From Octopus sinensis (Eukaryota), in the NCBI RefSeq assembly GCF_006345805.1, contig NC_043016.1, positions 16,864,001-16,928,000 of the forward strand: DNA of 64,000 bases, written 5' to 3'. The notes beneath the pieces were generated by a model that saw only the letters and a program-made list of their open reading frames with translations, searched no databases and was not told where the DNA came from. Below are positions 26,057-38,558 of this stretch, piece after piece (the stretch's first letter is position 1; each line of letters opens with the position of its first letter). The translations under genes were made by a program, and so were the position numbers.

Positions 26057-26190
26057 GATGGGCTTCTTTCATTTTCAGTATACCAGATCCACTCACAAGG
26101 CTTTGGCCAGCCTGAGGCTATAATAGAAGACACTTGTCCAAGGTGTCATGCAGTGGGGCTGAACCTGGAAATATTTGGCTGGGAAGCAAG
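26055..26190 (-). mobile_element. tRNA-derived SINE, 5' half
   Basis: Family core on the minus strand. Confidence 0.75.
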
Positions 26191-26379
26191 CTTCTCAGAA
26201 ATTTACTAACTGTAACAATCTTTCTGTGCAATAGATAGCAAGATAGATAGATAGATGAGTGTATAGCTACATATGTAGCTGTGTAAAGAAGTACTGATCT
26301 CTAACCTGTAAAACCAAATTCAGCATACCAAATTCAGACTGGAACTTTGTACAGAATCCAGCTTACCAGTTCCAGTCAA

Positions 26380-28085
26380 ACTATCTAACCAATGCCAACT
26401 TCATGACACCTCCTTCTATTGCCCTCTGCCCTCCAACCCCATGCCTAACTACCAACAGACTGTATCCTCCGCTATCCATGACCTCATTTCCTTCTCCCAT
26501 CTTCCTCTCACTGCCTCCAACCTCATTGTCCACACTCCACACACACCCACTATTTACTTCCTTCCCAAAATCCACAAGCCCAACAACCCTGACCACCCCA
26601 TCATCTTTGCCTGCAACTGTTCCACGGAATTGATCTCTAAATACCTCGACTGTGTCTTTGACTCCCTAGTGGCTTCCCTCTCCTCACACATCCACAACAC
26701 TGACCATGCTCTCCATCTCTTTAACTCTTTTTCCTTTCCTTCTGGACTCTAAATTTCTGTCCACTCTTGATATCAAGATTTTATATACTGTGATCCCACA
26801 CAACGAAGGACTTCTTGCTCTGATACACTTTCTAGACCTTCGACCTGACCCTCCAACCTGACACCTCCACACTTCTTTGTTTGGCCAAGCTTGTTCTCCC
26901 CTTCAACTGCTTTTTGTACACAGGGGATTTTTGCCAACAGTTCTCGGGAGTAGCCATGGGAATGAGAATGGGCTCCAACTATGCGAACTTGTTTGTTGGC
27001 TATGTTGAGGCCCAAATATTCTCACAATTCATTGGTCACACTCCCAAACTATATGGTTGTTATATCAATGACTGTATTGTCGAGACCTCTCTCTCCCATG
27101 AACAACTAAACTCCTTCCTCTCTTTTGTCCAATCCTTCCATCCTGTGCTCGAATTCTCCTGCAGTATCTCTAACTCTTCTGTTGAGTTTCTCGACACTTC
27201 TGTCAGTATACACCACTCCACTCTCACTAACTCCGTCCACTACAAACACACTCACACTCCTACCTTAACTTCTTCTCTTCCCACCCTACCCACTCTATCT
27301 CCTTCTCCCAATCCCTCTGTCTGTGCAGGCTCTGCAGTGACAACCATGACTTTGAAATCCAGTCTCAACTCATGACTCACCACTTCATCCTACCACTATC
27401 CACACTGCCCTTGCCAGGGCATGATCCGTGGACCGTGCCTCTGCCCATTCTCCCTGCACCCGCCCCACCATTGCCCATCTCCCGTTTCCCCTCACCTACC
27501 ACCCCTCTGCTCCGCCCCTCCAACATGCCATTCTCTGAGCCTTTCGGTGACTTTAGTCCAACCCCTCTACCTCGCACATCTTCCCCAACCTACACCTTCC
27601 CTCCTTCAAATGAACCCATAACCTGTGTTACCTTATGGTCCACAGTTTTTTCCCTAACTCTACTGCCCAGCCTGGCTCGTTTTCCTGCTCCTACCCACAC
27701 TGCTGCACCTGCCCCTACCTCTCCAACAATACCATCCTCATAGGCACCCATCATTGTCCATATCACATAACCGACTACTTTACCTGCACTTCTCGTAACG
27801 TCATTTACCGCATCTCCTGCTCTCTCTCTGCCCTTTCCTGTATATTGGTCATATGGGACTGTTTCGCAGAGCACCTCCAAGGCATCAGACTCGGCAATGA
27901 CACCTGGTCCCATGCCATTTGTGGTCTACCGGTCATTCACTACAACATCTGTCTGTATTTAGACTGTCTTTGCACAGGGCCATCCAGACTCCTGCCTTTG
28001 CCGTGAACTGGAATTAATCTTCTCTCTGCACTCTTTTGTGCCACAAAGGCTTAACCCCACTCTCTTCATCTGACATCTACCTCAC
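26380..28085 (+). mobile_element. Penelope-like element, RT plus GIY-YIG (pseudogenised)
   Basis: YFLPKIHKPNNP..PIIFAC, LYTVIPH, GVAMGMRMGSNYANLFVG, YIND (for YIDD), FLDTSV, FTCTSRNVIYRISCS; many frameshifts. Confidence 0.92.
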
Positions 28086-28746
28086 CTCCTCTGTTCATTG
28101 ATACCACCCCACACCACACATACTAGCATTGACCACTTCCCAGCACCCACACCACACACCCACACACTCAAACATTCTTCAATAGTGTCACAATACATAC
28201 GATTATATGAGCAGCTACACACACTGTCTAACTCAGTACATACACCACATGCCATCATGTACACTCCTACCTACACATACACAAGCACATAGTACCTGAG
28301 CACAGGGTATATATACATACACATGCAACACGCATTTACACACGCAACATTCGGTGACAAATAACTTTCACCCTCATATATATATAGACATGCACACTTT
28401 TTGGTTACAGGCACACACACACTCACACACACACGCACGCACGCACACACACACACACACGTCTACACAACACATTACAAAGTACACCTCCACTGCTGCA
28501 TACAACACACATACATACATACGCACACACTTTAGAGACTCACACATTTACATATGCACACACTCACACATGTCAGAGTCACTAGACCCTATTCATACAC
28601 ACACACACCCCATTCTCACATACACACACATACGTACACGCACACCGTCTTTTGGGATCACCAGCACTTTATTATCTCCCTTTCTTTCAACCCCGTTATT
28701 ATTATTATTATCTCCCTTTCTTTCAACACCGTTATTATTATTATTA

Positions 28747-28788
<42 letters not shown>

Positions 28789-28835
28789 TATTATTATTAT
28801 TATATTATTATTATATTATTATTATTATTATCATC
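28085..28835. repeat. (CA)n and (ATT)n simple repeats, with a short tandem duplication at 28667-28740
   Basis: Direct inspection. Confidence 0.8.
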
Positions 28836-29301
28836 TCCCTTTCTTTCAAACTATTTTCTAATCATTTGCCATGTTGGACAGCTGAAATGTACAAATTTTT
28901 AATTCTCTCTCTGTTTATCTTCTCTTATTCCATTCTTTTAAAGAGCATGGCTTGAAACATAAAAGACTATTTAATTTTTTCAAACGTCAAACTAATACAC
29001 TTGCATGTTGTTCATGTGTGTATGTATGTATATATATATATATATATATATACAAATTGAGATAGGGGTTGTAAATGCAACCCTGAAGTACCCAACAAAG
29101 TTAATACATAAATGTTAAGGATTGCGATGCAATCAATTCATTTACTGTATTATATGGGCAAAGGTAAAATGATTTACCACAAATTACTAATTCAAGATAA
29201 GAAAATGGAGAAATACATCTAAATCAAATATCAATTACCAGATAATACTCAATCACATACTTTATTAAACCACCACATAAGAGACTGTAGGGTTACATAT
29301 A

Positions 29302-29647
29302 AAAAGCAGAACAAATCAGTGTACATACAGTAGTGTACATAAAAAAGTGTACATAAAAGAGTAATATATGTAGACTGATTTATATTACATAATCTCCGAA
29401 GAGGCTTATGATATTTTGTAAATGTCTCATTTATATATATATTGACCTACCATAAAAGGCTAATATTGGTAAAATGAGACATACTTATCTACATGGCCGA
29501 AACAGCTGTAAGATGTAATCTATACTTATATTTATATTTACTTATATTTATATTCTCTTTTATATATATTCTACTTATACATCATTACTCTTTTATGTAC
29601 ACTTTTTTATGTACACTACTGTATGTACACTGATTTGTTCTGCTTTT
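29302..29647. repeat. Perfect 64-bp inverted repeats (29302-29365 / 29584-29647) enclosing a hammerhead
   Basis: Base-by-base reverse-complement identity. Confidence 0.95.
29384..29519 (+). ncRNA. Type I hammerhead ribozyme with a U4-to-C core variant
   Basis: Stem I ATTAC(ata)ATCT/AGATGTAAT; core CCGAAGA 29396-402; stem II GGCT/GGCC extended by ATGTCTCATTT/AAATGAGACAT; GAAA 29499-502; palindromic ACAGCTGT; GUA ending at 29510. Confidence 0.78.
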
Positions 29648-31901
29648 GAGACTGAGGATTGTAATATGATGCCACAGGGTAGAGGACTTTAGGCATGCTT
29701 GGACTTCATCTGCTCTAGTGTCTTTCGGAATGACAAGAAGAGTTTGCCTGAAATCACCTGAAAACAGAAGCGTTACACCTCCCATTGGAGCCTGACAGTC
29801 TCGGATGTCTTTCAGGGCTCTATCTAATGCTTCCAAAGCTCCCTTGTGAGCCATAGTGCACTCATCCCAGACAATTAGATGACACATTTTAAGTACTTGT
29901 CCCTGATCTGAGCTTTTGTTGATGTTGCATAAAGGCATTTCGGATGCTGCTAAATTGAGAGGGAGTTTAAAAATTGAGTGTGCTGTCCTGCCACCGGGTA
30001 ACAAAGTAGCTGCAATGCCAGAGGAGGCTACAGCTACTGCAATGTCCTGATGCTGCCTAACTTCTGCAAGGAGAAGCTTTGTAATAAATGTTTTTCCTGT
30101 CCCTCCAGGAGCATCGAGGAAGAAGATTCGTCCCTTGCGTTGGCGTACACTGCTAAAAATAGTTCTGTAGGCCTGCAGCTGCTCCGGAAGTAATTTAGGC
30201 TCATTTTCAACAATGTACTTTGAAAGCGCTTGAGTGTCGTAGGTTGTTTCACGAATGACAGCAGTGGGAAGGTTATTTGACCCTGACCTGAATGTTTGTG
30301 GCAGGCCATACGTCGACAATTCATTTCCATCCAGTTTAGCAATTCTGTCTTTAGCCAGGTTGTCTCTATATTTGAGCCATAGAGTGGCCGGATCACACAG
30401 TTCGCATGCCTGTAGTAATACTGCAAATAGTGCCCTGAGACTTTTAGGTGATTGTGATAAAGCAGCTTCTCCTAAAGTTGCATCCCATTGTGCACCATCT
30501 TCTAACAGACCTTGTCGATAGCAGGCTTCTCTGTATGTTGTGCAGACGTGTCCATGAACGGTTTTTAGTGCCTGGAAAGACGTTGGCCCTCTGACCTTAT
30601 GCAGTAGTAGACGAAGATAGAAGCACTCTTGTTGAGTGGGATGCACTGTGTATACTCGCCCAAGGCAAGTGTGAAACTTAATGCCAGGGTATCCATGAAC
30701 ATTTTGACCTGCTTTCCGTGGGGGCCCATTTTTTTCCATTCCAAGTGTAGTACGATGGAATCTGTGGATATAGCAAGGTTTGAGCGAATGGATCCACTTG
30801 ACAAAGCTCGAAGAATGCAGTGAGTGTGCTATCCCTTGGTTCCTCTGCCAACAGAGAAGCATTAGCATCGGTGAAGTACACTCTTTGACCATTTTCCAGG
30901 TGCGCTGCAAGCTGTTGAATGGCGGGGTGTCGTTGGTGAATTGGAAAGCCAAAGATGCGCCAGAAAGCCTCGTTGCTACTTATGTACCGTCCCACCTGAT
31001 AATGCGTCACCTCATCCTGGCAGTATTCTTGTTGAAGTCCAAACATTGCAGCGTCGGAACCCTTGTTTACATATTTGCAAACGTACTTGATGGATTTAAC
31101 GGAGTTGCAAAACTCAACGTTGATGTGGGCATTGAAAGTCTTTGACAAGAGTGAGCAGTATGGAACAATCCATCTATTATCAATATCGTGCTGTCCGATA
31201 GTTGCTGTGAAACCTCCGTCTTCTGGTTTTCTGCGTCTATATGATGGATACCCATCAGCACCTGTCTGAGTTACTTGTAGGAACCTCCTTGGAAATCTTT
31301 TTGAACATATGCTGTCCTTCAAGCATGGTGAGTTTATGTTGAATCCACGCCCACATGGACCATGTTTGCTTTAACTATTTCGTATAGTTCTTTGTCTAAA
31401 GCTGGATCAGGAAGCTCTGCAGAGATTATGTTGTCGATGCCATTAGAATTGATCTACGCTGAGAGCCAAAGCAGGATATGAGCATGTGAAAGGCCCCTTT
31501 TTTGCCACTCGATTGTGTACATGTCACATTGTATGGGCCCAAAGACTTGCCCTTTTTGTATGAACTCCATGAGAGAGATTAACTTCAGATGGAAAACTCG
31601 GGCGTTGAGATTCCGGTTCGAATGTAAGGCAGGTTTGAAAGTGTTCCCAACAGTTATTAGTTGTAGTGGTAGAGTGTTTATGCCGAATATGTACGTATGC
31701 ATGTATATATATATATGTATGTATGCATGTATATATATATATGTATGTATGCCTGTATATATGTACAAAATCCACTGAGAAGGCTTTGGTTGGTCTGAGG
31801 CTATAGCAGAAGACACATGCCAAGTCACCACACAGTGGGACTGAACCCAGGACCATGTGTTTGGAACGTAGTTTGTTACCACACAGCCACATCTGCCCTT
31901 A

Positions 31902-31943
<42 letters not shown>

Positions 31944-32953
31944 TGCGTATGCGTATGTGTGTATGGGTAGATATATTATGCATGTATATATGTGTACATA
32001 TTACATATACATCTATATATATACATCTACACATAAAATACAAAATACAAAGTTATATCTTGATATCGCTAGTGATAACAATACTCAAAATATATAACAG
32101 ACTGGAATTGTAGGCCCGTCTCTTGCAATTTCGATCAATTGGATCTTGTCCTCCCTCTAGTAAAGAAGTGTACGGCTGCAGCGAAATTCATTTTTGGACT
32201 TTCTTCTATCGAAGGCATTTTAACAAAAATGCTTCCGTAAAGACGGTGAAAATATTGTTAATTTCCTCAAACAGGGACACAATTCAATTTTTAAACAATA
32301 ACCAAAGCCCCTTCTCCGAAAGGGGGAGGGTTACGGTTTACAATTATTTAACAAATGCAACACAACAACGTTTCCCTGACGAAGAACCAACAAACGTGAT
32401 TACAAAAGTCAAACAGTAATAATAATAACAACAAACCGTTTTAATTTATCCCCATTTATGTGAAACCATTTATTCAAGTTCAAGTCATTTATGCAATTTC
32501 ATACGAATTGCTAAAACACACACACACACACACACATAATAAGGGTGAAAAATTGAATATTAATTTGATTAATGTGAATTGAAAACCAGTGGTGTAGCAT
32601 ATAAGACCATAGCGGTTCTTCCTCTAGCAAAAAGGACGACCACTTGTTAATGGTTCATCCCTGTTATATAATACTTTCACTTTAATAGTTTCAGTATTAA
32701 AATGAAAGTGTCTGCATTACAAAAGAGAAATGTTTTTGTTTCACTTTTAACACGTAATACTGAAATAGTGGAGAAGATATGATATTGCTGTGGGGTCGCC
32801 CTAGGGAAAAAGTTAAAATATTTTTTTGCCGATGACACTCCTCGGACCTTAAGTAAGATATGTGTAAAATTTGAATGAAATTGGTTGTGTAGTTCTCAAG
32901 TTTTAGGGAAACACACAGACAGACACACATTCTTAGTTTTATATATATAGAGA
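29648..32953 (-). mobile_element. Helitron, internally deleted and 3'-truncated, with Rep (HUH) and PIF1 helicase coding remnants
   Basis: YTIEWQKRGLSHAHILLWL, GYPSYRRR, NRWIVPY..AHINVEFC, LDAPGGTGKTF, ASSGIAATLLPGGRTAHS, IVWDECTM, FSGDFRQ; 5' terminus A|TCTCTATATATATAAAACTAAGAATG at 32953. Confidence 0.93.
31770..31895 (-). mobile_element. SINE 5' half nested in the Helitron
   Basis: Family head and core interrupt the Rep region. Confidence 0.8.
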
Positions 32954-33120
32954 TATACATGTATATATATATAGCTGTATATGTATAGATGTATTTCTAT
33001 AGATATACATGTATGTGTATACATGTATGTCTAGATGTATATATAGATGTACATGTAATATGTACACATATATATACACATAAATACATGCATACATATA
33101 TACACCCATACACACATACA

Positions 33121-33440
33121 TAGGTGCAGGTGTGGCTGTGTGGTAACAAACTTGGTTCCAAAACACATGGTCCTTAGTTCAGTCCCACTGTGTGGTAACT
33201 TGGCATGTGTCTTCTGCTATAACCTCAGACCAACCAAAGCCTTGTCAGTGGATTTTGTAGAGAGAAACTGAAAGAAATCAATTGTATATATATGTATGTA
33301 TATATGTAAGTCTGTGTGTGTGTCTTTGTGTTTCTCCCTCATCACTGCTTCACAACTGGTGTTCGTTTATTTACATCCCCATAACTTACTGGTTTCACAA
33401 GAAGAAACTGTTAGAATAAGTACCAGGCTTATCAAAATAT
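33121..33440 (+). mobile_element. tRNA-derived SINE
   Basis: gcaggtgtggctgtgtggt head, core and 3' half. Confidence 0.82.
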
Positions 33441-33489
33441 AAAAAAGCACTAGGCCGTGTCTCATATTTTTGTTGTATCTATCAATTTA

Positions 33490-33535
<46 letters not shown>

Positions 33536-33624
33536 CACACACACACACACACATGGATTTCGTAGACAGGAACTGAAACAAATCTATCGTATATATATGT
33601 ATGTATATATGTAAGTGTATGTGT

Positions 33625-36314
33625 TTTGGTATTGGCAGCATGAATGACAATGGCCAGAGACGACTTGCATATTGCACATACCATAACCTGTGCATCACTA
33701 ACACATTCTTTGCCAACAAGACATCCCACAAGGCATCTTGGAGACATCCAAGATCTCGCCATTGGCATCAGCTGGATCTCATCATTACACGAAGATCCTT
33801 TCTGAATTCTGTTCAACTGACCCGTAGTTACAACAGCGCGGATTGTGACACAGATCATTCACTAATAAGAAGCAGGGTGAGGATTCTGCCTAAAAAAGTT
33901 CATCACTCCAAGAAAATGGGCCGACCACGCATTAACACTGCCAGAACCTCGGACCCTACACTGCGACAATGTTTTGCTGTTTCTATCAAGGTTGCCCTCA
34001 GTAGCTGCCCAAACTCCTCTGTTGAAGTAGGTGGAATTATATCAGAGAAGCTTTGTATACCATATCAATAGATACTTTTGGCATGAGAGAAAGGCAAAAC
34101 CCAGATTGGTTTAGTGCTGGGCTCTCAGAGCTGGAAACAGTTATCGAAGCAAAGTGTGCAGCTCTGATGCAATAAAAGAGTGATTCTTCTACAAAGTCAC
34201 TTGAAGAACTCAGAAAGGTAAGAAATAAAACCCAACTGACTGCCAGGCGCTGTGCAAACAGGTATTGGCAGGAAATCTGTCAGAGTATCCAGTCAGCAGC
34301 TGACAGTGGCAACACCCGTGGGATGTATGCCGGTTTGAAGAAGGCTCTCGGTCTATCCGCAACCAAGTCAGCCTCTCTGAAATCAACTACTGGAGATCTC
34401 ATCAAGGACCAAAGCAAGCAAATGGATAGATGGGTGGAGTGCTACTAGGATCTCTACTCACGGGAGACCACGGTAGCTGAGGCTGCAATCGAGGGTGTCA
34501 AGATCTTGGCAATCATGTGCGAACTTGAGAGTCTGCCATCTATAGCAGAGCTGACCAAGGCTATTGATTCTCAGCAAGTAACAAGGCTCCAGGAAAAGAC
34601 GGCATCCCCTTAGAGATAATCAAAACCGGCAAAAACAGCATCCTGCTTCGGCACCTTCATGAGCTTCTGTGTCAGTGCTGGGAAGAGGGTACAGTCCCTC
34701 AGGATATGCGGGATGCTAACATCATTACGCTTTACAAAAACAAAGGTGACCATGGTGATTGTAACAATTACCGTGGATATCTATTCTAAGCACTGTTGGA
34801 AAGGCCTTTGCTCGCATTATCCTGTCCAGGCTACAACTGCTTGCTTCTCGAATTTATCCAGAATCGCAGTGTGGCTTTAGAAGAAGCAGATCAACTATTG
34901 ACATGATATTCTCCATACGCCAACTTCAGGAGAAGTCCAGAGAGCAGAAAATGCCATTATATATGGCCTTCATTGATCTGACAAAGGCCTTTGATTTGGT
35001 AAGTAGAAAATGCCTCTTCATCCTGCTCCAAAACATCGGATGTCCATCAAAGCTGCTGAGGATCATCAAATCTTTCCATACAGCACAATGGTTCAACATC
35101 AGCCGCCTTCCAAATTAAAAAAATGGGATAAAGCAAGGTTGTGTCCTTGCTCCTACATTATTTGGCATCTTCTCGCTGCTGCTGTCACATGCCTTTGAGA
35201 CATCAGATGATGGAGTGTTTCTGCACAGTAGAAGTGATGGGAAACTGTTCAAACTCTCGCATCTGCGTGCCAAGACCAAAATCAGAAGCGTCGTGATCAA
35301 GGAGATGCTATTTGTTGATGATGCCGCTCTGGTATCACACACAGAAGAAGCCCTACAAAGGCTCATCAACTGTTTTGAGCAAGAATGTAGCGACTTTGGC
35401 TTAGTTATCAGCCTCAAGAAGACCAACATCATAAGTCAGGCTACATCAGACATCCCAAACATACATATTGGAGACCACAGACTACAGGAGGAGGAGAAGT
35501 TTACCTATCTTGGCTCTACCGTCACCTGCAACATATCCCTTGATGCTGAGCTCAATACATGCATTGGCAAGGCTGTGATGGCCCAACTCTCCAAACGGGC
35601 ATGGGACAAAAATAAGCTGACCAAGACCACAAAAACGAAGATTTACCAGGCATGTGTACTTAGCACTCTACTGTATGGAAGTTATACTTGGACGCCATAC
35701 ACAAGAGCGTTGCCTAAATATCTTTCACCTGCGCTGCCTCCGGAAAATCCTTCACTTCAAATGGCAGAATCATGTCCTCAACAAAGATGTCCTCAAGCAA
35801 GCAGGAATACCAAGCATGTTTGCACTCCTCACACAAGACGTATGAAATGGCTTGGACATGTTAGCCGTATGGAAGTTGGCAGAATCCCCAAGGACATACT
35901 CAACGGAGAGCTTGCTAGGGGCACTAGGTCTGTTGGAAGACTATTCTTACGATACAAGGATGTTTGCAAAAGGGACATGAAGGCCTGCAACATCAATATT
36001 AGCAACTGGGAAGCAGTTGCCAGCAACCGTGGAGATTGGCGACGTACCGTAAAAGAGGGAACACAAAGGAGCGACAGAGAGAGAGAGGAGAAATGGAAAG
36101 AAAAGGAAAGACGTCAACAAGAAACTATGACATTACAACCAGCCAGGCAAAGTCTTCCCTACATTTGCGGTACCTGCCAGAGGGAGTGTTTGTCCAGGAT
36201 AGGACTACACAGCCACAGCAGGAGATGTATTAGGACATGAAATGTAAAAGCCTGACTAGATTATTTTATGTGCAACTCCATTGTCTCCCGAGACAAAAAG
36301 GATGCCAACAACAA
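33625..36314 (+). mobile_element. RTE-clade (BovB-like) LINE, 5'-truncated, APE-RT-C2H2
   Basis: APE end (LCITNTFF..WHQLDLII..DCDTDHSL), YMAFIDLTKAFD, LFVDD, C-terminal CGTCQRECLSRIGLHSHSRRC, 3' tail ccattgtctcccgagacaaaaaggatgcc(aac)n. Confidence 0.93.
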
Positions 36315-36563
36315 TATATATAGATTTCGTAGACAGGAACTGAAACAAATAATTGTATATATATATGTAAGTCTATGTGTGTGTCTTTGTGTTTCTCCCT
36401 CATCACTGCTTCACAACTGCTGTTCATTTATTTACATCTACATAACTTACTGGTTTCACAAGAACAAGCTTATAGAATAAGTACCAGGATTATCAACATA
36501 AAAAAGCACTAGGCTGTGTCTCATATTTTTGTTTGACCACTCAGTTGTATCTATCAATTTATC

Positions 36564-36596
<33 letters not shown>

Positions 36597-36613
36597 CTAT
36601 ATCTATATCTGTA

Positions 36614-36680
<67 letters not shown>

Positions 36681-36681
36681 A

Positions 36682-38000
36682 TCTATATATATATAATACC
36701 CTAATGGGGACCTTAACTCCCAAATTTTAGTAATTTATTTTATGATCCAAAACTAAATCAAAAGTACTGAATGGATCTTTACAAAATTTGGAAATTATAT
36801 TCTATGCATAAGGGCCATAACCCCCATGACAATTCATATATTTTTGCTGTTGATGAAATTTTAACCATAGATATTAGATACAAATGAAATAATATTTATA
36901 AAATTTCATCTTCTTACAAGTTAGAAAGACCCTGCCATGGGGACTTAACACCCACAATTTTGTCATTTTATCTAAGCAAAAACGAATACAGTTGTACTCT
37001 TGGAAGCTGTAGGGTTACCCGAGCATAAAAGTTGAGCATTATTTCTAATTCAATGGTACAACAGTGTAAGAGTTTGCTTTAACATAGACTTACATTGTGA
37101 TTTCTGCATAAATTGTCAAGTAAATGAAAGGCATCTTTGCCTCCACTGATTCAGTTGCAAAGTGTTGAATAAAGTTATTTGATTGCAGACCTCCTTTCAG
37201 TCTTTTTATTATCACTGGGTCACACATAGTCCCCAGATAGTAACATTGATTTCAAGGCCTTCCCAGATGAGTGAATGGTTATTCAAAGACATTCATAGAT
37301 TATAAATTTATTCTGTCCAGTTACATATCAGTATAGTGGTCATTTGCAAACTCCAGATGTGACACTTTAATTTCTTCTTAGCCCTCACGTCACATAGTTG
37401 TTAATGTTGATTTCAGTTGGGTCATGCCCTTCCAATTGCTATAGATTCTTAATGCATCTTACAGCTGTGCCTGTCATTTGCATGGTGAAGAATCCTACAT
37501 TGGGAGTCGTAACGACTAGGGTACTGTAGCAGCTGACTGCTTATTGTGATCATTCATCTTTTGGTTTTCTGTAGCTTTGCTCTCTTTTGCAAACCCAGTG
37601 AACATATATTTCCTATTTCCAAGAAACTCAAACAATAGATATAAGACCTAAGTTAAAAAGATTCTCAACAATTCAACTGGTTGACATTAAGACACCCACC
37701 CCCAATAGGGGCCTTAACTCTCACATTTTAGAGATCCATGACCTTCATTTTTTAGGAGCAAAATCTTTTTAACAGGTTCTCTAAGACTGGAATTTTGGAA
37801 TATGCGCATAAAAATCAGTAGTATGGGATACGTATGGCACGATTATAATTTTGTTTGGGTGTGTAAAGAGGGAAATAACCCTCATCTGCAATTTTGATGA
37901 AATTCGAAACATAGGTATTCTAGTTCATTACAGAAAATATAACAGAAAGGTCTAATTCTTCAAGTGAATGTACCCGGGCAACGCCGGGTATCTCTGCTAG
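36682..38000 (+). mobile_element. Complete non-autonomous Helitron (~1.3 kb)
   Basis: 5' A|TCTATATATATA; 3' hairpin TACCCGG-gcaacg-CCGGGTA (37971-37990), CTAG at 37997-38000, followed by T. Confidence 0.88.
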
Positions 38001-38556
38001 TATATATATAAAAGAGAATTTGTATGTGTGTGTGTGCGTATGTTCCTTATGCATTCCAAAACCGAGTTGCCGATTTTAACGTATGGGGTATCAAAAGATT
38101 GAGTAGGCTTTCGGCTGCCAACTAAACTTTATTTTCATTCACATATTTGCATTACAAACATTTAACATTATAATTTTACTTTTAGGCACCTAGCGTAAAC
38201 AACATTTTATACCACCACCATAACAACGATGACGTCATATTTTCTATATGAGTGTGTTTGCGCGTCCGTTACATATGTTAGGCTGATGACTGACAAGTAT
38301 AAGTGTGTGACGGCCATATGTGTCTGTCAGTATACATACATTTTTGTGACGACTGACACACACATCTAAAGACTGAGACAGACACACACAGGAACAGACA
38401 TAGGCTTGAGGTGTGCGTTAATGTAAGCCAGTGTGTGTCTTAGTATATATATGTTATCTTACCCCTCCCCCAACAGTGAAACGCGCCGATTTTGAAACAG
38501 TTTAGTTTAGTTGTGGTCTGGACTTTAAATGAACAACAGCATTCACTTTGATGTTC
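38001..38556 (+). mobile_element. 5' part of a second Helitron abutting the first
   Basis: TATATATATAAAAGAGAATTTGTATGTGTGTG resembles the Helitron heads at 32953 and 36682. Confidence 0.55.
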
Positions 38557-38558
38557 TA

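Noticed and set aside
29585-30952. 455-aa ORF as a host PIF1 helicase gene
   Set aside because: It is contiguous with frameshifted Helitron Rep motifs and a Helitron 5' end, and is truncated after the GDFRQ motif.
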